NCBI GenBank assembly: GCA_963748625.1
Contig: CAVVJT010000004.1
Location: 288,001 to 352,000, forward strand
DNA length: 64,000 bases
Source of the DNA: an uncultured Chloroflexia bacterium
GTDB lineage: Bacteria; Chloroflexota; Limnocylindria; Limnocylindrales; CSP1-4
Reading direction: 5' to 3'
In this document: positions 21,170 through 29,296 of the stretch, piece after piece
Layout: every line of letters starts with the position of its first letter
Numbering within the stretch: position 1 is the first letter of the stretch
Notes under the pieces: generated by a model
What the model saw: the letters and a program-made list of their open reading frames with translations, nothing else
Databases searched by the model: none
What the model was told of the DNA's origin: nothing
Position numbers and translations under genes: made by a program

Positions 21170-22335
21170 GCGCCGCCCTTCCCGGCCGTCCGGCAGGCAT
21201 CCACGAACCGGTCGAACACGGCGAGCGCGTCGAGCGGCCCAGGCGCGCCCTCGGGGTGGTACTGCACGGACTCGATCGGCTTGGTGGCGTGGCGGAGACC
21301 CTCGACGGAGCGGTCGTTGAGGTTGACCTGGCTCACGCGGAACCCGGACGCCGCCGGGAGCGAGTCCGCGATGACCTGGACCTCGTGGTTCTGCGCGGTC
21401 ACCTGCACGTACCCCGTGTCGAGGTCCTGGACCGGGTGGTTCGCGCCGTGGTGCCCGAACCGCAGGCGGCGGGTCTCGGCGCCGGCCGCCCGGCCGATGA
21501 TCTGGTGGCCCAGGCAGATGCCCAGGAGCGGGCGGCCGTCCTCGATGATCGCGCGCGCCAGCGCGACCGGGCCGTCGAGCCGGGCCGGGTCCCCGGGGCC
21601 GGGCGACAGCACGACGCCGTCCACGTCGGCCGCGAGGACCTCCTCGGGCGAGGACGTGTGGGGCAGGATCCGGACGCGCGCACCGCGACGGCGCAGGGAG
21701 TTGATGATGTTGGCCTTGAGCCCGAAGTCCACGATCGCGACGAGCGGGCCCTCGTCCCCCACCTCGCGCACGGCCGCCGGCGAGACCTGGGCCACGAAAT
21801 CCTGCTCCTCCCATGCGGGGAGGCTGCGTGCGCGCTCAACGGCAGCGGTGGCATCCGTGAAGCCGGGCTCCGTGATCAGCGCGCGCTGGCAGCCGGAGCT
21901 CCGCATGTGGCGGGCGAGGGCGCGGGTGTCCACACCGGCGATGGCCGGGATGCCGTTGTTGCGCAGCATGGTGGCGAGCTGGCGCGCGTCGTCGAGCACC
22001 GCGGCCGTCGCATGCGCGACCACCAGGCCCCGGAGCCAGGGCTGCTCGCTCTGGTCGTCCGCCACGAGCCGGCCGTAGTTGCCGATCAGCGGATATGTCA
22101 TGACCACAACCTGGCCCGCGTACGAGGGATCGGTGGCGATCTCCTGGTAGCCGGTCTGGGAGGTGTTGACCACGAGGTCACCGCCCGAGGCAACGGGCGC
22201 GCCGAAGGCGATGCCAGGGAACACGCTCCCGTCCTCGAGCGCGAGCAGCGCCGGACCGGCGTCACCGACCCGCGGGTCGACGAGCGCGTCGGCGCGCGGC
22301 AGCGGCGGTTGAGGAGACAGCGGTGGGATGGACAC
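21166..22335 (-). CDS. carA: Carbamoyl-phosphate synthase small subunit
   Basis: TGYQE..TDPSY, SPGPGDP, GICLGHQ, QYHPE. Confidence 0.97.
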   Translation of the reverse strand: MSIPPLSPQPPLPRADALVDPRVGDAGPALLALEDGSVFPGIAFGAPVASGGDLVVNTSQTGYQEIATDPSYAGQVVVMTYPLIGNYGRLVADDQSEQPWLRGLVVAHATAAVLDDARQLATMLRNNGIPAIAGVDTRALARHMRSSGCQRALITEPGFTDATAAVERARSLPAWEEQDFVAQVSPAAVREVGDEGPLVAIVDFGLKANIINSLRRRGARVRILPHTSSPEEVLAADVDGVVLSPGPGDPARLDGPVALARAIIEDGRPLLGICLGHQIIGRAAGAETRRLRFGHHGANHPVQDLDTGYVQVTAQNHEVQVIADSLPAASGFRVSQVNLNDRSVEGLRHATKPIESVQYHPEGAPGPLDALAVFDRFVDACRTAGKGGA

Positions 22336-22392
22336 TCAGGCCCCGGCGGGCTGCGGCGGGCGGGCGCCACAGGCGGGCATGCGCATGCGCAA
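22336..22392 (-). CDS. Putative 18-aa leader peptide (MRMRMPACGARPPQPAGA) abutting carA
   Basis: AGGAGG (22399-22404) 6 nt before TTG; TGA directly followed in frame by the carA GTG. Confidence 0.5.
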   Translation of the reverse strand: MRMRMPACGARPPQPAGA

Positions 22393-22404
22393 GTTCGACC
22401 TCCT

Positions 22405-22452
22405 AGCCGGCCTCTCTGGACCGGTACGCCAGCCTCACGGGACCGGCCTTCA
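22405..22452 (-). ncRNA. Tandem PyrR-binding stem-loops (pyrimidine regulatory leader)
   Basis: Minus strand CCGGUCCCGUGAGGCUGG and CCGGUCCAGAGAGGCCGG match the PyrR loop consensus UCCNGNGAGGY; located upstream of carAB. Confidence 0.85.
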
Positions 22453-22483
22453 GGAACGGGCGAAGGGTACCACGCGACAGACG

Positions 22484-23899
22484 TCAGCCGGGCAGGATGT
22501 CAGGCGAGCCCGTGGGATCCGACGGTGCCGGCGGGAGCGTGCTGCGGGCGGCGGGAAGCTCAACGCGGAAGACCGCGCCACCGTCCGGGCGGTTCGCGAC
22601 GCCGATGCGCCCGGCGTGACGCTCGGTGATCCATGACGCGATCGAGAGGCCCAGGCCCGTCCCCCCGGACGGCGCGCCAGGTGCCCTCCAGAAGCGGTCG
22701 AAGACGTGGGCCATGTCCTCCGGGCGCACGCCGGGCCCACGATCCGCGACGTCGATCCAGGCGGTGGCGTTGGCCGCACGGACCGTCACCTCGACAGCAC
22801 TGCCCCGCGGGCTGTGCCGGACGGCATTGTCCACGAGGATCGTGATCAGCTGACGCAGCCGCATCGGGTCGCCCACGACCATCGCCGGCTCCGGGTCCAC
22901 CTGGACCGCCACGCCCCGGGTCTCTGCGATGCGTCCCAGCGCGGAGGCGGCCTCGAAGGCGATGTCGCCCAGGTCGAGCGGCACCCGGTCGAGGGCGATC
23001 GCACCGGAGTCCGAGCGCGCCAGCAGCAGGAGGTCGTCCACGAGGGTCGCGAGGTGGCCGACCTCGGCGTCGATGTCGTCGAGTGCCTCCTGCGACACGC
23101 GGACCGGCTCGTCACGGTGCCGCTGCAGGTGCTCCACCGACGAGCGGATGACGGTGAGGGGCGTGCGCAGCTCGTGGCTCGCATCGGCGGCGAACTCCCG
23201 CTGGCGGCGCAGGGCCGTGCGCTGGGCCGCGAGCGACTCGCGGATGGGCACCATGGCCCGGCGCGCGTAGAGCGTCCCGAACCCGACGGACACGATGATC
23301 ACGAGCAGGCCACCGACCACCAGCACGAGCAGCAGGGCGTCAAGCGTGGAGACCTCGGTTGAGCGGTCCTGGAGCACCTGCACGAAGTAGGTTGCCCCGT
23401 CGTGGCCCACCAGGCTGCGGGTCAGGATCCGGATCGGGACCTCGCGGGAGGTCTCACGCGACTCGATCACGAGGACATCGGTGCGCACGTCGCGCCCGTC
23501 AGCGCGGGCAGCGGCGATCCCTTCAGGCTCCGGCAGGCCGCGCGGGATGACGACCTGGCGCTCGCCCTGGATGGGGGTGCCGGCGTCGTCGAACAGGTAG
23601 AGCAAGGTGTTGCCGCCGCCGAACTCGAACCCGAACTCGGGGCGTCCGCCGGTCGGGTCCTCGACGAGTCGAACCACCTGCTCGGCGCGCTGGTCGAGCT
23701 GGGCGATCGAGGCGGCCGCCAGGGTGTTCGCCACCACCGCGTACAGGACCGCGGCGAGGACGAGCAGCACGAGCATGGTGGAGGCACCGCTCCACGCCAC
23801 CAGGCGCCAGCGGACACGCCTGAGCAGGGCGGCCTCACCGGCAAGCGCGGCCTGTTCAGGCCCGTCATCGGTGGTGGCGAGGCGGACCCCGTCAGCCAT
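22484..23899 (-). CDS. Sensor histidine kinase (MprB-like)
   Basis: Two TM helices, FAADASHELRTPL, DNAVRH, DRGPG, GTGLGL. Confidence 0.95.
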   Translation of the reverse strand: MADGVRLATTDDGPEQAALAGEAALLRRVRWRLVAWSGASTMLVLLVLAAVLYAVVANTLAAASIAQLDQRAEQVVRLVEDPTGGRPEFGFEFGGGNTLLYLFDDAGTPIQGERQVVIPRGLPEPEGIAAARADGRDVRTDVLVIESRETSREVPIRILTRSLVGHDGATYFVQVLQDRSTEVSTLDALLLVLVVGGLLVIIVSVGFGTLYARRAMVPIRESLAAQRTALRRQREFAADASHELRTPLTVIRSSVEHLQRHRDEPVRVSQEALDDIDAEVGHLATLVDDLLLLARSDSGAIALDRVPLDLGDIAFEAASALGRIAETRGVAVQVDPEPAMVVGDPMRLRQLITILVDNAVRHSPRGSAVEVTVRAANATAWIDVADRGPGVRPEDMAHVFDRFWRAPGAPSGGTGLGLSIASWITERHAGRIGVANRPDGGAVFRVELPAARSTLPPAPSDPTGSPDILPG

Positions 23900-24569
23900 C
23901 GGCCAGCCGGTAGCCCACCCCGCGCACGGTCTCGATCCGCGAGCCGGCGTCACCGAGCTTCGTGCGCAGGTAGTGGATGTAGGCGTCCACCGCGTTCGGG
24001 GTCACGGCCACGCTGAACGGCCACGCATGGTCGAGCAGCTGGTCGCGGGTGAGGACCTGGCCGACGTGGCGCAGGAGCGCCTCGAGGAGCGAGAACTCGC
24101 GCGGTGAGAGCTCCACGGTCCTGCCGTCCACCAGGACCCGGCGAGCGGCCTCGTCGAGGACGATCGGCCCGGCCACGAGCTGCGGAGCAGGCCGGCGCGG
24201 TCCGGTCTCCGCCCGGCGCCCGAGCGCCCGCAGGCGTGCCGCCACCTCGGCATAGGCGAAGGGTTTCACGACGTAGTCGTCGGCGCCGGCGTCGAGTCCC
24301 ATGACCCGGTCGTTCACGGTGTCGCGGGCGGTCAGCATCAGGATGCTGACGTCGATTCCCGCCGACCGGATACGCCGGGCCACGTCGAGGCCCGACATGT
24401 CCGGCAGCCCGATGTCGAGAATGACGGCGTCCAGACCTGAGATCGCCTGCGCCAGCTCGAGGCCGGTCCGGCCGTCGGGCGCGTGCTCGACGATGTGCCG
24501 GTCCTCCTCGAGGAGGCGGGTCAGCGCGCGGGCGAGCCGGTCGTCATCCTCGACCAGGAGCAGGTGCAT
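23892..24569 (-). CDS. OmpR-family response regulator (MprA-like)
   Basis: VEDD, LDIGLP, KPF, IETVRGVGY. Confidence 0.95.
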   Translation of the reverse strand: MHLLLVEDDDRLARALTRLLEEDRHIVEHAPDGRTGLELAQAISGLDAVILDIGLPDMSGLDVARRIRSAGIDVSILMLTARDTVNDRVMGLDAGADDYVVKPFAYAEVAARLRALGRRAETGPRRPAPQLVAGPIVLDEAARRVLVDGRTVELSPREFSLLEALLRHVGQVLTRDQLLDHAWPFSVAVTPNAVDAYIHYLRTKLGDAGSRIETVRGVGYRLADG

Positions 24570-24588
24570 GGGTGGGCCTCGGATGGCG

Positions 24589-25371
24589 TCAGGGTACGAC
24601 CGTCACGTCGCCGGCCGTGCCGAGCGTGATGCTTCCATCGTCGCCCCGGGTGACCTGGTCGGGCCGGACGCCCTCGCCCAGCTCCACCTGCACCGTCGAG
24701 CCCGCCTTGACGTCCGACGCGCTGGCGGCGACCTGCTGATGGTACGTCGTGGAGCCGTCGAGCCCGAAGGTCACGGTCTGGCCGTTGGCGAGCGAGACGG
24801 TGATCGAGTCCGCGTCCACCGCCGTGACCGTGCCGGTCAGGCCGCCCGGGCCGACGCCCCGCCCGAACCCGCGGTCGAAGCCCACGCCGTGGTCGGGGTC
24901 GCCCTCGAAGCCGCCGTCGCCATTGCCGTTGAGGTCGAAGCTTGCGCCCGGCCCACGACGCGTGAGCGGGCCACCCTGGCCGTTGCCGTCGGTGACGCCG
25001 TTGTCGTCGCCGTTCGAGACGCCCGACCCGGTGGTTGCGGACTCCGGCGAGCTGCTGGCGCGCCCCGCCGCGAAGGACACGCCGACCGCGCCCAACAAGA
25101 GAGCGCCGACCAGGGCGACCGTGAGCACGTTCGATGTGCCCTTGGGACCACCCTTCGAGATGGCGGCCGGCTGCGCCGCGTGGGCGGGTTCAGGGGCGAC
25201 CGGCATGAACGCCGGCGCGAGCTGAGGGGCCGGGGCCACACCTGGCACCGGTGCGGATGCTGCAGGCACGGGCGGGACGGGCGGCTGGGCTGGCGGAAAC
25301 GGCGGCTGGGCAACCGGTTCGGTCACGCTGCCGGGCTCCGGATCGACCGGCCGGAAGTCGGGATACGTCAC
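24589..25371 (-). CDS. Membrane-anchored Gly-rich protein with C-terminal OB-fold (DUF5666-like)
   Basis: Pro-rich N-terminus, TM helix, GTVTAVDADSITV...DVKAGSTVQV. Confidence 0.7.
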   Translation of the reverse strand: MTYPDFRPVDPEPGSVTEPVAQPPFPPAQPPVPPVPAASAPVPGVAPAPQLAPAFMPVAPEPAHAAQPAAISKGGPKGTSNVLTVALVGALLLGAVGVSFAAGRASSSPESATTGSGVSNGDDNGVTDGNGQGGPLTRRGPGASFDLNGNGDGGFEGDPDHGVGFDRGFGRGVGPGGLTGTVTAVDADSITVSLANGQTVTFGLDGSTTYHQQVAASASDVKAGSTVQVELGEGVRPDQVTRGDDGSITLGTAGDVTVVP

Positions 25372-25473
25372 GGGCGTCTCCTGTGGTGCCAAGGGGCGGC
25401 ACCACGCGCTTTCGATCGGGCTGGGCGGCACGCCGGGCAGGGACCTGGCGCGCCAGCATCGTCGCCCGTGCTC

Positions 25474-25490
25474 GTGAGAACCCGCTGAGA
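25474..25490 (-). promoter_or_regulatory. MprA-box-like direct repeat
   Basis: TCTCAG-cgggt-TCTCAC upstream of the DUF5666/RR/HK operon. Confidence 0.75.
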
Positions 25491-25530
25491 GCGCCCGACG
25501 AGCGCCCTGCCATCCTCGGGCGCCCCTGCC

Positions 25531-26472
25531 TCAGGCGCCCTGGGCGCGGGCCTCGTCCACGAGCTCGAGGGCATCGCCGATCGGGATGGCGAACCCGAGC
25601 CCCTGCGCGATCGTCGAGACGGCTGTGTTGATCCCGATCACCGCTCCGGCGGCATCGAGCAGCGGTCCGCCGCTGTTGCCCGGGTTGATCGCGGCGTCCG
25701 TCTGGATCAGGTTGCGCAGCGTGACCGGGGATCCGCTGACCTCGTCGGTGACGGTGACCTCCCGCCCCAGGCCGGACACGATGCCCCGGGTCACGGTCTC
25801 GGTGTACGTGCCGAGCGGGCTGCCGATCGCGATCGCCGTCTGACCCACCTCCAGCATGTCGGACGTCCCGATCTGCGCTGCGGACAACCCTCGGGCCGTC
25901 ACCTTGACGAGTGCGAGGTCGTTCGAGGTGGACGCGTGGATGAGACGGGCGCTGAGCAGCTCGCCGGTGTGCAGTGCGACCGTCAGGGTCTGCGCACCCT
26001 CGATCACATGGCGGTTGGTCAGGATGTACCCGTCGGACGTGAGGATGATCCCGGAGCCGACGCCCTGGATCGGATGCCCGAATGGCAGGAACCCACCGGT
26101 GCTTGCGCCGTCGGCGGTGATGGTCACCACCGTCTCGCGCGCGTCAGCGACAACCTCGGTGAGGTCCACAGCCTGCACGGTGGTGCCCGCCGCGGTGGTG
26201 GTCGCCGTGGGCAGGGCGCGGACGGGGGCGATCGGCTCGGGAAGCAGCCGATCGACGGCGAACGCCGTGCCCGCCGATGCCAGCACTGCCGACAGGACAG
26301 CCGCGAGGAGGATGCTGCCGAGCCCGCGGGACGGACGATCCGGCGACGTGGACGCAGCCGCGGGGGCCACGGGCGATGCCGGCTCAGGGGCAGGCTCCGG
26401 CAGGGGCTCCACATCCGCTGCCTCGGGCATGGGCCACTCCGGCATGGTGGACGGATCGTGGGGGGCGGTCAT
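25531..26472 (-). CDS. HtrA/PepD-like trypsin serine protease without PDZ domain
   Basis: GSG, TNRHV, DLA, IQTDAAINPGNSGGPL; TM anchor. Confidence 0.93.
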   Translation of the reverse strand: MTAPHDPSTMPEWPMPEAADVEPLPEPAPEPASPVAPAAASTSPDRPSRGLGSILLAAVLSAVLASAGTAFAVDRLLPEPIAPVRALPTATTTAAGTTVQAVDLTEVVADARETVVTITADGASTGGFLPFGHPIQGVGSGIILTSDGYILTNRHVIEGAQTLTVALHTGELLSARLIHASTSNDLALVKVTARGLSAAQIGTSDMLEVGQTAIAIGSPLGTYTETVTRGIVSGLGREVTVTDEVSGSPVTLRNLIQTDAAINPGNSGGPLLDAAGAVIGINTAVSTIAQGLGFAIPIGDALELVDEARAQGA

Positions 26473-26569
26473 GCGGAAGCTCCAGCCTGGACGCGACGCT
26501 GCTGCGTGTCCCAAGAGTGCCCCATGTCGGGCAGCCGCGCTTGCGAGCGCCCGGGAGGCACCACGGCAC

Positions 26570-27370
26570 TCATCCGGTCGTGCCCGGATCCAGGAGGTCG
26601 GCCAGCATCGGCGTCCAGACGATGCGCCCCTCATCGGTGATGCCGAGGGCGCCGAACCCGGGCTGGCGCGCCACCCAGCCGATCCCCGCCTCCCCCATCG
26701 CGAAGCCCGCCGTCGCGAACGCGTCGGTCGTCGCCAGGTCGGGCCCCACGACCGTCAGGCTGCGGAGCCCGGTCGGCGCGGACCCGCTGTGCGGATCGCG
26801 GATGTGGGCGCCCCGCTCGTACAGGCCCGATGTCGCGACCGCGAGGCCGCGCACCAGCAGCACGGCCGCCACGGCGCCCGCGTCGTCCGGGTGGCGCACG
26901 CCGACACGCCACGGCCGCCCTGGCTCGGGCTCACCGAGCGCGATGAGGTCGCCGCCGGCGACCACCTGCACATTGCGTGCACCGGCGACCCGGAGCCCGG
27001 CGATCGCCTCGTCGACCGACCAGCCCTTGACCACGCCCGTGGGATCCGGCCGGCCGTCGTCGCGGTGGCCACGCGGGTCGAAGTAGCCGTCCGTGCGCTC
27101 GCGCAGGCGGTCGGCGAGGGTGAACATCGAGCGGACGTCAGCGTCGGCGGCGTCGAAGGGAAGGTCGCCGCTGCCGACACGCGTGACCTGGCTGTCCTCC
27201 CGGTACGGCGAGAACCGCCGGTCCACGTCGTGGAACCACGCGATCGCCGCGTCGAGCGCGGCCTCGTCCACGAACGGGTGCCGGACGTCGATCGTGACCG
27301 TGGTGCCCATCACCGGCTCCACGCGCAACTGCCGCTCAGCCATCGGAACGGTCGTCCCGGTGCCGGCCAT
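26570..27370 (-). CDS. apbE: FAD:protein FMN transferase
   Basis: MGT, DPTGVVKGW, GGD, ATSG, HIRDP, DAFATA. Confidence 0.93.
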   Translation of the reverse strand: MAGTGTTVPMAERQLRVEPVMGTTVTIDVRHPFVDEAALDAAIAWFHDVDRRFSPYREDSQVTRVGSGDLPFDAADADVRSMFTLADRLRERTDGYFDPRGHRDDGRPDPTGVVKGWSVDEAIAGLRVAGARNVQVVAGGDLIALGEPEPGRPWRVGVRHPDDAGAVAAVLLVRGLAVATSGLYERGAHIRDPHSGSAPTGLRSLTVVGPDLATTDAFATAGFAMGEAGIGWVARQPGFGALGITDEGRIVWTPMLADLLDPGTTG

Positions 27371-27373
27371 GCG

Positions 27374-27817
27374 TCATGCCCCTGCCGAGTCGAGCGCGGC
27401 CTGGAGCGACCGGGCGTAGGCCGTGCTGGTGTACGTCGCGCCCGAGAGGCCGTCGATGCTGGCGCTCTGGGCGTCCAGGGCCTGGCTGCGGAGGACCGGC
27501 TCCACCCGCTGCGAGATCTGGAGCGAGCGGCGGTCACCGTCAGGCAGCTGGAGGGCGGTGACGTCGGTGATGGCGCCATCCTGCAGCGTGACGGACACCT
27601 GGACGACGCCCCAGCGGGTGGAAACCGCGGGTCCGGTGACCGTCTGTGTGGTGGACTCGTCCGTACCGCCCGCGGCGGGTGCACCGGCGATCGCACCGGC
27701 GCGATCGAGCGTGGTCGTCCCGGTCGCAGGATCAATGCCGCCCGGGTCGCGGAAATTGAGGAGCAGGACGAGCGCAAGGGCCGTCAGCGCGAGGGCGGTG
27801 GCTCCACGCTTCGGCAT
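27374..27817 (-). CDS. Extracytoplasmic FMN-binding (flavinylated) protein
   Basis: Signal/TM segment; IDGLSGATYTS flavinylation motif. Confidence 0.92.
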   Translation of the reverse strand: MPKRGATALALTALALVLLLNFRDPGGIDPATGTTTLDRAGAIAGAPAAGGTDESTTQTVTGPAVSTRWGVVQVSVTLQDGAITDVTALQLPDGDRRSLQISQRVEPVLRSQALDAQSASIDGLSGATYTSTAYARSLQAALDSAGA

Positions 27818-27873
27818 TGTGAGGACTCCTTTCGGGTGGCGGGCCGGGGGCAGGCGCAAGGTCGGGGGTGGGG

Positions 27874-29247
27874 TCAGAAGGTGAAGCGTTCGGCGTGCAC
27901 GTGGCGCGCCGGCACGCCGGCCTCGGCCAGCGAGCGCTCGACACGCGCCATGAAGTCATCTGGGCCGCACAGGAACACATCCTGGTCGGCGATGTCGGGG
28001 ACGAGGCTGCGGAGGGTGGCGGCGGTCATCGGGTCGGGCGGGACCTCCACTCCGCGCCTGCCCACGAGGTAGTGCACGGTGGCGCCGCGCGCCTGCGCGA
28101 GGAGGTCGATCTCCGAGCGCAGGGCAAGGTCCTCCACCAACGCCGCGCGGTAGAGCAGCGTGAGCTCTCCCGGGCGCGCCGCGAGCGACTCGAGGAGGGC
28201 CCGCATCGGCGCGATGCCGATTCCCGCGGCGATCAACGTCACGCGGGGCCTGGTTCGCACGGCGCCCGACAGGATGCCGTAGGGGCCTTCGAGGAAGGTC
28301 TTCGTGCCGACGGGGATCTCCCCGATCCGGGCCGAGTCATCCCCGAGCGCCTTGACCGTGAACCGCAGCCACTCGCCGTTGGGGGCGGACGAGATCGAGT
28401 ACGGGTGGGCCCGCCACCAGGTGCGCCGGGTCATGAACCGCACGACGAAGTACTGGCCGGAGCGGACCGCGAGCCGGTCGAGGTCACGTCCGCCGAGGTA
28501 CACGGAGGTCACGCCCGGCCCCTCGGCCACCACGGCGCTCACTCGCAGGTGGTGGCGCTGGTTGAGCACGACGGGCGCCCCGAACCGGAACACCACGACC
28601 AGGACGGCGGCGAGGATGTAGAGCGCGATCCAGTACAGGGCGGCCAGCGGGTCACGGGTGAAATCCGCACCGACGAAGAGCTGGTGGAGGAACGCGAGGG
28701 CGACGCCCAGGTAGGCGTACCAGTGCAGCCAGTACCAGGTCTCGTAGGAGACCCGGCGCCGCACGGCACGCATCGAGGTCACGCCCACCAGGAGGAACAT
28801 CGCGAACCCGACGAGCGCCCACAGGACGTACGGGAAGCTGCCAAGCAGGTCGGCCACCTCCGCGAGCAGGTCGCGCCCGTCGGCGAGCGCCCAGCCGGCC
28901 AGCGTGAACGACACGTGCGCGCTGATCAGCCAGACGGTGCCGAACCCGAGCCAGCGATGCAACCATGCGAGACGGTCCGGACCGAACGCCTCGTCAAACC
29001 AGGGGCTGCGACCCATGAGCACGAGCTGGATCAGGGCAAGGTACGTGCCGAGGAGCGCGGTCAGCTGGCCCGCCGCCGTCAGGACTCCCGCAGGCGTGCC
29101 GAGCTGCTCGAGCCCCCCGTGGCGGATCCACATCAGGACGATGAACAGCCCGTTCCCGGCAAGGAGCAGCCCGATGTCACGCGAGGTGACGCCCCAGTGG
29201 CGGGGCAGCGGTGCCGACCTGGGCCGGGCAGCGGGAGCGGAGGCCAT
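27874..29247 (-). CDS. Ferric-reductase-like TM domain fused to FAD/NAD(P)-binding reductase domain
   Basis: Four TM His (LHRW, AHV, LHWY, LHQ), HPYS, EGPYG, AAGIGIAP, CGP, AERF. Confidence 0.92.
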   Translation of the reverse strand: MASAPAARPRSAPLPRHWGVTSRDIGLLLAGNGLFIVLMWIRHGGLEQLGTPAGVLTAAGQLTALLGTYLALIQLVLMGRSPWFDEAFGPDRLAWLHRWLGFGTVWLISAHVSFTLAGWALADGRDLLAEVADLLGSFPYVLWALVGFAMFLLVGVTSMRAVRRRVSYETWYWLHWYAYLGVALAFLHQLFVGADFTRDPLAALYWIALYILAAVLVVVFRFGAPVVLNQRHHLRVSAVVAEGPGVTSVYLGGRDLDRLAVRSGQYFVVRFMTRRTWWRAHPYSISSAPNGEWLRFTVKALGDDSARIGEIPVGTKTFLEGPYGILSGAVRTRPRVTLIAAGIGIAPMRALLESLAARPGELTLLYRAALVEDLALRSEIDLLAQARGATVHYLVGRRGVEVPPDPMTAATLRSLVPDIADQDVFLCGPDDFMARVERSLAEAGVPARHVHAERFTF

Positions 29248-29269
29248 GGGGCGATGGTCGGGCGCCGCC

Positions 29270-29286
29270 ATGAGAAGCCCCTGAGA
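29270..29286 (-). promoter_or_regulatory. MprA-box-like direct repeat
   Basis: TCTCAG-gggct-TCTCAT upstream of the ferric reductase/FMN-binding/apbE operon. Confidence 0.75.
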
Positions 29287-29296
29287 GCGACCCGGG

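Noticed and set aside
16880-21814. 1644-aa ORF suggesting a CarB-ferritin fusion
   Set aside because: Artefact of the carB frameshift and GC-rich open frames; carB ends at 17659 in another frame and ferritin has its own start.
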